From contig CAYTTW010000001.1 of the NCBI GenBank assembly GCA_964441005.1, positions 1 to 36,487 of the forward strand: a stretch of DNA of 36,487 nt, read 5' to 3'. Below, in pieces: positions 1-9,664 of this stretch. The notes below the pieces were generated by a model. It was given only the letters and a program-made list of their open reading frames with translations, was not told the origin of the DNA and did not search any database. Both the position numbers and the translations under genes were made by a program. The DNA comes from an uncultured Candidatus Saccharibacteria bacterium (GTDB lineage: Bacteria; Patescibacteriota; Saccharimonadia; Saccharimonadales; CAYTTW01). The first letter of the stretch is position 1, and the number at the start of each line of letters is the position of its first letter.

Positions 1-1
1 G

Positions 2-751
2 CCCAGTCAAACGGTGCAATCAATCGTTACCGTTCTGACGCAGGGCAAAATTAAAACCTACTTAGAGACTATTCTCCCGGGACAGCGGATCGATCAAGTG
101 CGCCAGATGCTCATTAATACTGGCTTTACACCAGCCGACGTCGATACTGCCCTGCGTCCACAAAGCTATCCGAACCACCCGGCACTAGTTGACCTGCCAA
201 GTGGAGTAACAACCTTGGAGGGCTACCTTTATCCTGATTCTTGGCGGAAAGATGCCAGCACCAAGCCACAAGACATCGTTAAGCAGTCGCTCGATGCGAT
301 GCAAAAACACTTAACGCCCGAAATTCGCGCTGGCTTTGTGGCGCAGTCACTCAATGTATATCAAGGAATAACTCTGGCCTCAATAGTCGAACAAGAAGTT
401 TCGAAGCCCGAGGATCGCGCCCAGGTGGCCCAGGTATTTATTAAGCGTTTGAAGCAAAATATGCCGCTTGGTTCGGATATTACAGCTTACTATGGTGCTA
501 TTGAGGCCGGTCAAAAACCGACGGTAGATTTTGATTCAGCCTACAATACGCGCTTACATAATGGCCTGCCGCCGGGCCCGGTCAGTAATGTTACTTTTTC
601 ATCACTACAAGCTGTCGCGAGCCCAGCTCCCACCGACTATTTGTACTTTGTATCGGGCGACGATGGGATAACCTATTTTTCCCACACGCTCGAAGAGCAT
701 CAAGCACTCGTTAAGGAGCATTGCAAAAAACTCTGTGCCGCCACAGATTAA
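2..751 (+). CDS. mltG: Endolytic murein transglycosylase MltG/YceG-like, 5'-truncated by the window edge
   Basis: The reading frame is open from base 2, with no in-frame stop upstream of the track's GTG at 14. YceG-type motifs are present in the translation (EGYLYPDSW, LASIVEQE, PPGPVSN, YLYFVSGDDG). Stop TAA at 749-751. Confidence 0.8.
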   Translation, partial: PSQTVQSIVTVLTQGKIKTYLETILPGQRIDQVRQMLINTGFTPADVDTALRPQSYPNHPALVDLPSGVTTLEGYLYPDSWRKDASTKPQDIVKQSLDAMQKHLTPEIRAGFVAQSLNVYQGITLASIVEQEVSKPEDRAQVAQVFIKRLKQNMPLGSDITAYYGAIEAGQKPTVDFDSAYNTRLHNGLPPGPVSNVTFSSLQAVASPAPTDYLYFVSGDDGITYFSHTLEEHQALVKEHCKKLCAATD

Positions 752-776
752 CAGGGGTCGCCGGGCGTCATTTCGG

Positions 777-805
777 TTGATTTTTGAATCTTATTATGCT
801 AAAAT
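777..805 (+). promoter_or_regulatory. Sigma70-like promoter with extended -10, upstream of the LysM-CHAP gene
   Basis: TTGATT (777-782), 17-nt spacer, TAAAAT (800-805), preceded by TG at 797-798 (TGCTAAAAT). This implies a leader of about 140 nt before the start at 950. Confidence 0.5.
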
Positions 806-949
806 CGGCCTAGCAGCCACTGCTGCTGTGATTGACTATATTGTCATAAATTCAGTGGTTTTAGGCTGCGCCAAGCGGGCTTTTAGGAGCCCACGGAGCA
901 TAGTATTCGTACCATTTTACAAGAACTCAACCATGACCCTATAAGCCGG

Positions 950-2047
950 TTGAGTAATTTGGGACCTCGCAGCTTGTACCGCCGGTTATTTCGACGGGCC
1001 TCGCGAAAAGCCTCACGCCGACGTTTGATTCGCTATGGACTGTTAACCCTCAATCTCCTTGTTCTGATTGGGGTGTCGGGCTTTGTGGCCTACGGTTCAA
1101 AGGGCAGTACCCCAGTGGCCCAAAATGCCATACTGGCGCCCAACGACAACTCGGCCGCGAATCCTCTTGATCAGCTATCGTCTGCCGATATTGCCGTCCA
1201 CATTTCGAGAATTACGAAGCTGCCAGAAGCCTCGTCGGTAACCGAACACGCCGATACGGTCAATGCCGAGCTGGCAATTGCTCCCTCTGACGAAAAGGTA
1301 GTGGCAAAACCACAAATTGTGGCCACGGCTATAAGATCACGCAAGGACATTCAAATCTACACCACCCAGGCTGGCGATACCGTTACGACTCTGGCCACGA
1401 AGTTTAATGTCACCTCTGATACGATTCGGTGGTCGAATAATCTGACTGGCGATGCTCTGGGCGCCGGCAAGCAATTAATCATCTCACCCATCAATGGCAT
1501 TGTGGTCACCGCGCAAGCCAGCGATAGCCCCGATAGCCTGGCTCAAAAATATCACGCCAATAAGGATCAGATTATCGCGTTCAATGACGCCGAAGTGAGT
1601 GGTTTGCCGGTCGGTGAAAAAATTGTTATTCCTGATGGATCGCTGACAACACCTACCACCCGCTTTGCTACCCCACCAAGCAATAGTTTTGCCTGGGGCG
1701 GCTATGCGCCAGTTTATGAAGGCAATGGCTATGACTATGGCTACTGTACGTGGTGGGCGGCCTACCGCCGAGCCCAGATTGGTCGGCCGGTGCCGAGCAA
1801 TCTTGGGAATGCCAGTACCTGGAAGGTCTTAGCGCAACGCGCCGGCCTGAGCGTCGGCAATAGCCCCGCTACGGGTGCGGTTATCTGGACGCCACCGCGC
1901 GACTATTATGGGCATGTGGGCTTTGTCGAATCGGTCGACGCTGATGGTACCGTTCATGTATCTGAAATGAATGTAGTCGGTTGGGGCCGGGTGAGCACTA
2001 AAACTCTGACGGCTGACGAAGCCGCCGCCTACTCGTATATATACTAG
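950..2047 (+). CDS. Membrane-anchored LysM-LysM-CHAP peptidoglycan hydrolase
   Basis: Arg-rich N-terminal tail plus a TM segment (LLTLNLLVLIGVSGFVAY). Two LysM-like repeats (YTTQAGDTVTTLATKFNV.., VTAQASDSPDSLAQKYHA..). C-terminal CHAP-type Cys/His pair (GYCTWWAAY ... YGHVGFVESV). The TTG start at 950 is uncertain: there are alternative in-frame TTGs at 959 and 974 and no clear SD. Confidence 0.85.
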   Translation: MSNLGPRSLYRRLFRRASRKASRRRLIRYGLLTLNLLVLIGVSGFVAYGSKGSTPVAQNAILAPNDNSAANPLDQLSSADIAVHISRITKLPEASSVTEHADTVNAELAIAPSDEKVVAKPQIVATAIRSRKDIQIYTTQAGDTVTTLATKFNVTSDTIRWSNNLTGDALGAGKQLIISPINGIVVTAQASDSPDSLAQKYHANKDQIIAFNDAEVSGLPVGEKIVIPDGSLTTPTTRFATPPSNSFAWGGYAPVYEGNGYDYGYCTWWAAYRRAQIGRPVPSNLGNASTWKVLAQRAGLSVGNSPATGAVIWTPPRDYYGHVGFVESVDADGTVHVSEMNVVGWGRVSTKTLTADEAAAYSYIY

Positions 2048-2103
2048 TCCCTCGCTACGCTCGGTCTATGGACCCTATAACTTATAACCTGTAACCTATT
2101 GAT

Positions 2104-3369
2104 ATGTTTGTAGATAAAGTGAATGTTACTTTTCAGGCCGGGGACGGTGGTGATGGCATTATTAGCTTTCGGCACGAAAAGTTTATCGCGAAGGGCGGTC
2201 CGGATGGTGGCGACGGCGGCAATGGCGGTAACGTGGTGCTCGCTGCCAGCCGCAACCAAAACACGCTCGCCAAGTTTCGCTTTCAAAAACTTTTGGCCGC
2301 CGAATCTGGCAAAGCCGGTGGCAAAAGCCGTAAACACGGTAAAAGTGGGAGCGACTTAGTAGTGCCCGTGCCAGTTGGTACGGTCATTGTAAATGAAGCC
2401 GAAGAAGTTGTGGCTGATTTGGTTGAGGATGGACAGCAGGTGATCATTGCCAGCGGCGGTAAGGGAGGCTACGGCAATGCCCATTTCGTATCCTCGCGCC
2501 GCCAGGCGCCGCGCCTTGCTGAAAAAGGCGAAAAAGGGGAGACGCTGGCGGTCACTATGGAACTCAAAATGATTGCCGATGTTGGGCTGGTAGGGCTACC
2601 CAACGCCGGGAAATCAACTCTGTTGGCTAAAGTTAGCAACGCAACTCCAGAAATTGCCAATTATCCGTTCACGACGCTGCGACCTAACTTAGGTATGGTT
2701 GATATAGATAAGACCACCACGCTGCTGTTTGCCGATATCCCAGGGTTAATTGAAGGCGCCAGCCAAGGCAAGGGTCTTGGTGATGAGTTTCTGCGCCACG
2801 TCGAGCGCACCAGCGTACTCGTGCATATTATTGATGCCTACCAAGATGATCTGGTCCAGGCCTACCAAACGATTCAAGCCGAGCTGAAGGCCTACCAGCT
2901 AGACCTCAGTAAAAAACCCCAGATTGTGGTGCTCAACAAAATCGATGGTCTCGACAGCGAAATAGTTACCGACCGCCTCAAAACGCTACAAAAAGTCGTG
3001 CCAAAAAAGACCACCCTGCTCGCCATTTCAGCGCAGAGTGGCAGCGGGGTACCAGAACTACTGTTTGCCGTAAAGGCTCTGGTGCACAAACAATCACGGC
3101 CGGCAGAATTAGCCCAAGCCAAAGAGCTGCCAATTCTGCGCTTGTCGTCAACGGATGCCAGCTGGCGAGTATCTAAAGCGGCTGAGGGATATATGGTCAC
3201 CGGACGCAAAATTGAACGCTTTGCGGCGCGCACTGACTTTAAGAGCTCAGCTGGCGTACAGCGTTTGCGCGACATTATGCACAAAATGGGCATTATGCAC
3301 GAGCTGCAACGACAGGGTATTCAGCCCGGTCAACGGATACAAGTTGGCCCCTACCGACTGACTTACTAG
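2104..3369 (+). CDS. obg: GTPase Obg/CgtA
   Basis: Gly-rich Obg fold (GDGGDGIISFRHEKF..GGPDGGDGGNGGNV). GTPase motifs G1 GLPNAGKST, G3 DIPGLIEGA and G4 NKID. C-terminal OCT-like domain. Confidence 0.95.
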   Translation: MFVDKVNVTFQAGDGGDGIISFRHEKFIAKGGPDGGDGGNGGNVVLAASRNQNTLAKFRFQKLLAAESGKAGGKSRKHGKSGSDLVVPVPVGTVIVNEAEEVVADLVEDGQQVIIASGGKGGYGNAHFVSSRRQAPRLAEKGEKGETLAVTMELKMIADVGLVGLPNAGKSTLLAKVSNATPEIANYPFTTLRPNLGMVDIDKTTTLLFADIPGLIEGASQGKGLGDEFLRHVERTSVLVHIIDAYQDDLVQAYQTIQAELKAYQLDLSKKPQIVVLNKIDGLDSEIVTDRLKTLQKVVPKKTTLLAISAQSGSGVPELLFAVKALVHKQSRPAELAQAKELPILRLSSTDASWRVSKAAEGYMVTGRKIERFAARTDFKSSAGVQRLRDIMHKMGIMHELQRQGIQPGQRIQVGPYRLTY

Positions 3370-3395
3370 CCCGATTCCCTAGGAAGAACTAATGG

Positions 3396-3424
3396 TTGTA
3401 ATTTACAAGGTATAGTTATATAAT
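3396..3424 (+). promoter_or_regulatory. Sigma70-like promoter immediately upstream of ORF 3433
   Basis: TTGTAA (3396-3401), 17-nt spacer, consensus TATAAT (3419-3424). Only 8 nt separate the -10 from the ATG at 3433, and there is no SD. Confidence 0.5.
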
Positions 3425-3432
3425 AAGTTATT

Positions 3433-3936
3433 ATGCATCTCCTTCGCGGCGCCGAAGTAGCGGCACCCAGTCGAATCCCCGAAGCCGGCCCCATAGACGA
3501 AACGTTGCTCGATCTGCGTAATGAGCTGGTTGGCCTCGCCAATGTGGTTGGTTGTTATGCGCTCGAAGGCTGGGAACCGGGCACGAACGAACATGGTACT
3601 TTCTATCGACATCCGCCACTGAACGGTGAAGGCGTATATCCAGCTTTTATCCAAATTACGACTGACTCAAGTGAGGAACTATGGGTGCAAGTTGTGCAGC
3701 GCCGCGTGCGAGAAGGTGGCTATACAGAGCTAGTACGCTGCCACAGCTTACGGCCGTTAATTTTTCCGACGTTTCGTGATTCGTATACCCGCGTGCACGA
3801 AGGGGCTGAATTAGACAAGCGTGGGGAGTACATAACTGAACATAGGAGCCACCAGCGTGGTTTTACGTACCAAGATGCCGAGTATTTGTGGTCATTACGA
3901 CAAATCCTTGTCGGTGCTCGCCGCCGGTCTGATTAG
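3433..3936 (+). CDS. Hypothetical protein (167 aa, soluble, no recognisable motif)
   Basis: This is the longest ORF in the obg-sbcB gap. A consensus -10 lies directly upstream. The overlapping antisense ORFs (3403..3654, 3431..3619) are shorter. I recognise no family. Confidence 0.55.
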   Translation: MHLLRGAEVAAPSRIPEAGPIDETLLDLRNELVGLANVVGCYALEGWEPGTNEHGTFYRHPPLNGEGVYPAFIQITTDSSEELWVQVVQRRVREGGYTELVRCHSLRPLIFPTFRDSYTRVHEGAELDKRGEYITEHRSHQRGFTYQDAEYLWSLRQILVGARRRSD

Positions 3937-3966
3937 TCGATTGCCTCTCGTCTCTCGCTTATCAGT

Positions 3967-3975
3967 TGCTATACT
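3967..3975 (+). promoter_or_regulatory. Extended -10 element (TGCTATACT) upstream of sbcB
   Basis: TGCTATACT at 3967-3975, ending 7 nt before the GTG at 3983. The same 9-mer occurs upstream of the aminopeptidase gene (30346-30354). No good -35 was seen. Confidence 0.4.
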
Positions 3976-3982
3976 TTAGGGC

Positions 3983-5416
3983 GTGGCGCAAACATTTTAT
4001 TTTTACGATTTAGAGACCTCTGGCTTTAATCCGCGCGAGGCTCGGATCATGCAATTTGCTGGCCAACGCACCGACCTGCAACTCAATCCCATTGGCCAAC
4101 CCCACGATGTCTTTATTCAGCTGCCAGATGATGTCTTGCCTGAGCCCGATGCTATCCTCGTAACTGGCCTGACGCCGCAGCACGTGAACGCCGAAGGACT
4201 CAGCGAAGTCGATTTCCTGAAGTTGTTTTATGCAGAGATTGCAACGGCCGATACCATTTTTGTAGGCTTTAACTCGGTGCGTTTTGATGATGAATTTATG
4301 CGTTTTCTGCACTGGCGCAACTTTTATGATGCCTATGAGTGGCAATGGTCAGAAGGACGCAGCCGCTGGGACATGCTCGATCTCGTGCGCATGACCCGGG
4401 CCCTGCGCCCCGATCATATCCAGTGGCCCTTTGATAGTAGTGGGGCACCGAGCAATCGCCTCGAGCTGCTCACAGCCGTGAATAAATTAGAACATACCGA
4501 CGCCCACAACGCCCTGGCCGATGTGCAGGCCACCCTCGCCGTGGCGCGCTTGATCTACAATAAGCAAACCAAATTGTTTGATTACTTACTTGGCATGCGC
4601 CAAAAGGCCAAGGTGGCAGCCCTGGTTAATGCCAAGCAGCCCTTTGTCTACAGCTCGGGCAAGTACCCCAGCGAATTTGAAAAAACCACCGTCGTCGTGA
4701 AGGTGGCTGATCATCCGAAGCGGCAAGCTGCCCTGGTCTACGATTTACGACACGACCCCACACCCTATGCGACGTTATCGCCGGCCAAACTGGCTGAGTT
4801 ATGGCGCTGGAAAAAAGACAAAACTGAACCGCGCCTGCCTATCAAAGTATTGTCATTCAATCGGTGCCCGGCCGTAGCGCCCCTGAATGTTCTCGATGAG
4901 ACTAGCCAGCAGCGCCTGCAGCTTGATCTCACGACCATTCAGACCAATCTGGCGCATGTTCAGAAAATTACCGGTTTTGCTAAACGGTTGCAGCAGGCGC
5001 TGGAACTACTGGATCAACAGCAACAAACTGAATTACTGAGTAACGAGAGTGACGTTGATGGCCAGCTCTATGATAATTTTATTGGGCCTGAAGATAAAAC
5101 CATCATGAGCGCCCTACGGGCGGGCGATCCAGCTGAAATCAGCAGTTTTGCCGAGCAATTTAAAGATCCACGACTGTCAGCTCTGGTCTTGCCGTACAAA
5201 GCGCGCAATTTTCGACACGCTTTAACGGCCGACGAGCGGGAAGCTTGGGAGCGTCACCGCGAGCGTAAACTGTTGCAGGGCACACCGAGTCGTTTAGAAC
5301 GCTATCTGCAGCGTTTGCAAGAGCTAGCGGCTGCCCCTCCCACCGCCCGTTCGGAGTATTTACTACAAGAGTTACAACTCTATGCCGAAAGCATTGTCCC
5401 GGACAGCGGTGAATAA
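3983..5416 (+). CDS. sbcB: Exodeoxyribonuclease I
   Basis: DEDDh exonuclease motifs (FYFYDLETSGFNP, GFNSVRFDDEF, HNALADV) plus the long ExoI-specific C-terminal region. GTG at 3983 is the first possible start after an in-frame TAG (3977-3979) and is needed to include the DxE motif. Confidence 0.9.
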   Translation: MAQTFYFYDLETSGFNPREARIMQFAGQRTDLQLNPIGQPHDVFIQLPDDVLPEPDAILVTGLTPQHVNAEGLSEVDFLKLFYAEIATADTIFVGFNSVRFDDEFMRFLHWRNFYDAYEWQWSEGRSRWDMLDLVRMTRALRPDHIQWPFDSSGAPSNRLELLTAVNKLEHTDAHNALADVQATLAVARLIYNKQTKLFDYLLGMRQKAKVAALVNAKQPFVYSSGKYPSEFEKTTVVVKVADHPKRQAALVYDLRHDPTPYATLSPAKLAELWRWKKDKTEPRLPIKVLSFNRCPAVAPLNVLDETSQQRLQLDLTTIQTNLAHVQKITGFAKRLQQALELLDQQQQTELLSNESDVDGQLYDNFIGPEDKTIMSALRAGDPAEISSFAEQFKDPRLSALVLPYKARNFRHALTADEREAWERHRERKLLQGTPSRLERYLQRLQELAAAPPTARSEYLLQELQLYAESIVPDSGE

Positions 5417-5420
5417 AGCT

Positions 5421-5591
5421 TTATAAAGAGATTTGATTGAGGTGATTCAGTTGATGTTGGTGACGGATAAACCGCCAACGCAAGGCAATTTCGGCTACGC
5501 CTAAAACACCTGCCACTACCAGCATAAGGCTGGCAAAGTTCAGCTGAATATTGGTGCCCGGAATAATACCTAAAACAAAAAACTCCAACAT
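5421..5591 (-). CDS. Small hydrophobic membrane protein (56 aa from the SD-supported ATG)
   Basis: Two hydrophobic segments (LEFFVLGIIPG.., ASLMLVVAGVLGV). The internal ATG at 5591 has GAGG 6 nt upstream (GAGGTGGTCTATG), whereas the track start at 5615 has no SD. The family is not recognised. Confidence 0.5.
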   Translation of the reverse strand: MLEFFVLGIIPGTNIQLNFASLMLVVAGVLGVAEIALRWRFIRHQHQLNHLNQISL

Positions 5592-5684
5592 AGACCACCT
5601 CGTAAGTGGGTCCATTATATATCTAATTGCCAGTTTGTCAAGAATATTGCTTAATGCTTATGGCTATGTTCGGCTGGCGGGGTC

Positions 5685-5713
5685 TAGAAATAAACGTCTT
5701 TTTTCGGTATAAT
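5685..5713 (+). promoter_or_regulatory. Possible uvrA promoter
   Basis: Consensus TATAAT at 5708-5713 with a weak -35 (TAGAAA, 5685-5690) at 17-nt spacing, 26 nt upstream of the uvrA ATG. Confidence 0.3.
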
Positions 5714-5739
5714 AATTCGACTCATTTGAGACGGAAATT

Positions 5740-8547
5740 ATGGACTCTATAGAAGTTAAAGGTGCTCGCGAGCACAATTTAAAAGATATTGATGTGACGC
5801 TACCGCGAAATAAGCTGGTAGTCATTACTGGTTTGAGTGGGTCAGGTAAATCCTCATTGGCCTTTGACACGATTTACGCCGAAGGCCAGCGCCGCTACGT
5901 CGAGAGCCTCAGTGCCTATGCTCGTCAGTTTTTGGGACTGATGGAAAAACCCGATGTTGATCAAATTAACGGGCTGAGCCCAGCGATTAGCATTGATCAA
6001 AAGTCGACCAGCCGAAACCCACGTTCAACGGTGGCCACGGTGACCGAAATTTATGATTACCTACGACTGCTCTTTGCGCGTATTGGCATTCCACACTGTC
6101 CGGTCTGTGGTAAGCCGGTTGCCCGGCAAACTACCACGGCCATTGTCGACCAAATTGCCGGCTTAACGCCTGATGCCCGGCTGATGATACTGGCACCGGT
6201 GGTGATTGATAAAAAAGGCGCGTTCGAGCATATTCCTGAGCAATACACTCGGGCGGGATTTGCCCGCGTCCGCGTTGACGGAGTAGTGTATGCGCTCGAC
6301 GAGTTCCCGGAGCTCGACAAAAACTACAAGCACTCCATCGAAGTCGTCGTTGACCGACTCGTCAATAATGAAGAGAGCCGGGGCCGCTTGGCGCAGTCGG
6401 TCGAGCAAGGTCTGGACATCGCCGACGGCAAAGTAGTGGTACTCAACGCCGATAGTAATGACGAGTTGGCGTATTCGCTCAAGTACGCGTGCGTTGATCA
6501 CCCGGATGTGGCCATTCCGGAACTCGAGCCACGGACCTTTAGCTTTAACTCGCCGCACGGGGCTTGTCCGGTATGTACTGGTATTGGCTCTCGGCTGGAA
6601 GTGGACCCCGAACTGGTAATCCCCAATGGTCGCCTGACCATTGCCGAGGGGGCTATCCGCCCCTTTAACCGGATTAACGTTGACGCCTGGTACACCAAAA
6701 AAATGCAGGCAGTAGCCGATAGTCACGGCTTTAGCTTACACGTGCCGACGGCCGAACTCACCCAAGATCAGCTCGACAAACTACTTTATGGCACGGGCAA
6801 TGAACGCTACCGCGTGTCGCTGGGGCTGGGACGTTCGTTTGAAACGACCTACGAGGGCGTCATACCTAACTTGGAACGGCGGCACCGCGAAACCGAGAGT
6901 GATTTTATTCGTCGTGATATTGAACGATTTATGCAAGAACGTCCGTGCAACGCTTGTCACGGGTTGCGGCTCAAGCCGGAAGTTTTGGCCGTGACCGTGA
7001 CCGACAATTCCATTATGGATATTTGTCAGTTCAGCATTGATGACGCTGTCAAGTTTTTTACTGATCTGAAGCTGAATGCCAAAGAAACACATATTGCTCA
7101 CCAAATTATTAAGGAGATTCGAGCCCGGCTGCAGTTTATGCAAGATGTCGGGCTAAATTATCTCAACCTGCTGCGGAGCGCCGTAACGCTCAGTGGTGGC
7201 GAGGCCCAACGGATTCGCTTGGCGACGCAAATTGGCTCGGGCCTCATGGGCGTGCTCTATGTGCTCGATGAGCCGTCGATTGGCTTGCATCAACGTGACA
7301 ATGCTCGGCTGATTGCTACCCTCAAGCGCTTGCGCGATCTAGGCAATAGCGTGATTGTAGTCGAACACGACGAAGAAACGATTCGCACCGCCGACTACCT
7401 TTTGGATATTGGGCCAGGTGCCGGTATTCATGGTGGGCACGTGGTAGCCGAGGGATCACCCGAGCAGGTAGCTAAGGTGAAACAAAGTATTACTGGCCAG
7501 TACCTCAAAAGGGCCAAGACCATTAGCACACCCAAGAAGCGCCGAGCTGGCAATGGCAAGACCGTAATCGTCAAGGGTGCGCGTGAAAACAATCTGCAAA
7601 ACATCGACGTGGAAATTCCACTTGGCAAGTTAGTGGTTGTCAGTGGGGTCTCGGGCTCGGGCAAGTCTAGCCTGATTAACGATATTTTAGCTAAGGAGTT
7701 GCAGGCCCGGTTGCACCGCGCCAATTTAGTTCCCGGCCGCCACGACGATATTGAAGGCATTGAACACTTGGACAAGGCCATCGTGATCGATCAATCACCA
7801 ATTGGTCGTACGCCGCGGTCTAACCCGGCCACCTATACGGGTTTGTTTACGCCAATACGCGAATTGTTTGCGGCCACACCTGAGGCCAAACTGCGCGGCT
7901 ACTCGCCGGGACGTTTCAGCTTTAACGTCAAGGGCGGACGCTGCGAAAACTGTGCTGGTGACGGCATTATCAAGATCGAAATGCACTTTTTGCCGGATGT
8001 CTACGTGCCGTGCGAGGAGTGCAAGGGCAAACGCTATAACCGTGAGGCGCTGGAGATTCACTACAAAGGTAAAACCATTAGCGACGTGTTGGAGATGACC
8101 TGTGAACAAGCCTTAGGATTCTTTGCCAATATTCCCAGCATTGCGCGCAAACTTCAAACTTTGGTGGATGTGGGACTGGGCTATATTGCTCTAGGGCAGC
8201 CCGCCACCACCCTCAGTGGCGGCGAAGCGCAGCGCGTCAAGCTGGCCACGGAGTTGTCGCGCCGACCAACTGGTCGCACCCTGTACATTTTGGATGAACC
8301 GACGACTGGCCTGCACATGGCCGATGTTGATAAATTGTTGCACGTGTTGCACGCGCTGGTCGATGCCGGCAATAGCATGATCGTTATTGAGCACAACCTG
8401 GACATTATCAAGTCGGCCGACCATTTGATAGATATGGGCCCGGAAGGCGGAGCGGCCGGCGGTCTGGTCATTGCGACCGGTACACCAGAGCAGGTCGCCA
8501 AAGTAGCCAAATCCTATACCGGTCAGTTTTTAAAGAAAATGCTATGA
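5740..8547 (+). CDS. uvrA: Excinuclease ABC subunit A
   Basis: Duplicated ABC ATPase with Walker A motifs GLSGSGKSS and GVSGSGKSS and signatures LSGGEAQR (twice). Zinc-finger cysteines are present ([29 protein letters not shown]). Length is 935 aa. Confidence 0.97.
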   Translation: MDSIEVKGAREHNLKDIDVTLPRNKLVVITGLSGSGKSSLAFDTIYAEGQRRYVESLSAYARQFLGLMEKPDVDQINGLSPAISIDQKSTSRNPRSTVATVTEIYDYLRLLFARIGIPHCPVCGKPVARQTTTAIVDQIAGLTPDARLMILAPVVIDKKGAFEHIPEQYTRAGFARVRVDGVVYALDEFPELDKNYKHSIEVVVDRLVNNEESRGRLAQSVEQGLDIADGKVVVLNADSNDELAYSLKYACVDHPDVAIPELEPRTFSFNSPHGACPVCTGIGSRLEVDPELVIPNGRLTIAEGAIRPFNRINVDAWYTKKMQAVADSHGFSLHVPTAELTQDQLDKLLYGTGNERYRVSLGLGRSFETTYEGVIPNLERRHRETESDFIRRDIERFMQERPCNACHGLRLKPEVLAVTVTDNSIMDICQFSIDDAVKFFTDLKLNAKETHIAHQIIKEIRARLQFMQDVGLNYLNLLRSAVTLSGGEAQRIRLATQIGSGLMGVLYVLDEPSIGLHQRDNARLIATLKRLRDLGNSVIVVEHDEETIRTADYLLDIGPGAGIHGGHVVAEGSPEQVAKVKQSITGQYLKRAKTISTPKKRRAGNGKTVIVKGARENNLQNIDVEIPLGKLVVVSGVSGSGKSSLINDILAKELQARLHRANLVPGRHDDIEGIEHLDKAIVIDQSPIGRTPRSNPATYTGLFTPIRELFAATPEAKLRGYSPGRFSFNVKGGRCENCAGDGIIKIEMHFLPDVYVPCEECKGKRYNREALEIHYKGKTISDVLEMTCEQALGFFANIPSIARKLQTLVDVGLGYIALGQPATTLSGGEAQRVKLATELSRRPTGRTLYILDEPTTGLHMADVDKLLHVLHALVDAGNSMIVIEHNLDIIKSADHLIDMGPEGGAAGGLVIATGTPEQVAKVAKSYTGQFLKKML

Positions 8548-9032
8548 GTGATCCGGAGGTTCTCGCTAGTCCGCGGCGAGTGCCACTATCCGCATGGCTG
8601 TATAGTGGGCATGTCTGGACGGTCTTTACCCTCTCACACCCGGAATATTATCAACTGGCAGAGTACCGTGCGGCCGAGTATCGCCGACCGCCGGCCGCTC
8701 GGCTTCACCAATTGCCGTGGTATGCCCAAGATGAGATGGTCTTACAACAACACCTGAGTCAGCAACTCAGGCTGGTAACCAACTGTGCTCTCAAGGAGTT
8801 GAAATTACCTGACTTTTCGGCCACTCGAGCGGATGAACGCAAACAGTTAGTACATTATCTTGATCATGTGATGTCGTTGGGCCTTGAAAAGTGCACGGAC
8901 TTGATTGCCCTCGACCGCACTCTTCCATCAAAACTTAGTCCGGTTGATCGTGAGCTGCTCGAAGCTTTGTACCAAGAACCATCAGCTGTACCGCTTGATC
9001 GATTACTTGGACACCTTGCGCTGCAGGAGTAA
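8544..9032 (+). CDS. Hypothetical protein (162 aa), translationally coupled to uvrA
   Basis: The ATG at 8544 overlaps the uvrA TGA (ATGA). No TM segment and no recognisable motif. Confidence 0.6.
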   Translation: MSDPEVLASPRRVPLSAWLYSGHVWTVFTLSHPEYYQLAEYRAAEYRRPPAARLHQLPWYAQDEMVLQQHLSQQLRLVTNCALKELKLPDFSATRADERKQLVHYLDHVMSLGLEKCTDLIALDRTLPSKLSPVDRELLEALYQEPSAVPLDRLLGHLALQE

Positions 9033-9034
9033 GT

Positions 9035-9664
9035 TTATTTTTTACCAAACCGACCCAGCAGCTTTTGACGGATTTTGTCGTCTTTGGCCAGATGGTAGAT
9101 AGTCGGGCTAAAGGAAAACAACATGGCGGCCACAATAATCGGCAGTAAGTACTTGTCGATATTGGGTACACGGCTACCAAGCACGGCGCCGAGTAGCGTC
9201 ACGCCGACTCCCCAGATTGAAGCCCCAACTAGGTCATAGCCAATAAAGCGTTTACGAGGCATTTTACCAATGCCGGCCACCAAGGGTGCAAATGTCCGCA
9301 GTATCGGCACAAAGCGGGCAAACAACATCGTCTTGCCCCCATGGCGGTCATAGAACTTTTCGGCTTGCTCGATGTACTCTTGTCGAAATAGTAGACCGTC
9401 TTTTTTCTTAAAAATACGCGGACCGGCCGTGCTGCCAATGGTGTAGCCAACGTTATCGCCAATAATAGCCGATGCGACGACTACCACTAATAGCCAGCCA
9501 AGTGGCAATTTGTGCTGAGCGGCAAAAAAGCCGGCCGTAAACAGCAGGGTATCGCCTGGCAAAAAGAAGCCGAGCAGCAAGCCAGTCTCGGCAAAGATGA
9601 TCAAACCAACCAGTATCAGGCCGCCGCTTTGAATTATTTGCTCAATATTAATGCCAAACACCAC
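9035..9664 (-). CDS. DedA/SNARE-associated family membrane protein
   Basis: DedA signature region (GFFLPGDTLLFTAGFFA), a multi-pass hydrophobic profile, and a typical length of about 200 aa. Confidence 0.9.
   Translation of the reverse strand: MVFGINIEQIIQSGGLILVGLIIFAETGLLLGFFLPGDTLLFTAGFFAAQHKLPLGWLLVVVVASAIIGDNVGYTIGSTAGPRIFKKKDGLLFRQEYIEQAEKFYDRHGGKTMLFARFVPILRTFAPLVAGIGKMPRKRFIGYDLVGASIWGVGVTLLGAVLGSRVPNIDKYLLPIIVAAMLFSFSPTIYHLAKDDKIRQKLLGRFGKK

Noticed and set aside
735-944. 69-aa ORF in the mltG/LysM-CHAP intergenic region
   Set aside because: It overlaps the mltG stop and spans the predicted promoter and leader. It has no SD, and its composition looks non-coding. It is better explained as a 5' UTR.
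2070-2080. GACCCTATAA decamer shared by the regions upstream of obg (2070-2079) and of the LysM-CHAP gene (935-944)
   Set aside because: A single 10-nt repeat in 36 kb is within chance expectation, and its position relative to the start codons differs (6 versus 24 nt).
5660-5675. Possible LexA/Cheo-type SOS box upstream of uvrA (ATGTTCG half-site at about 5666-5672)
   Set aside because: Only one half-site (GTTCG) is present. The expected CGAAC partner at 4-nt spacing is absent. Nothing similar lies upstream of uvrC.
6057-8510. Multiple antisense and alternative-frame ORFs inside uvrA (for example 6163..6726-, 6781..7143-, 7428..7781-, 8181..8510-)
   Set aside because: These are shadow ORFs within a confidently identified, highly conserved 935-aa UvrA frame. 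They have no independent start signals.
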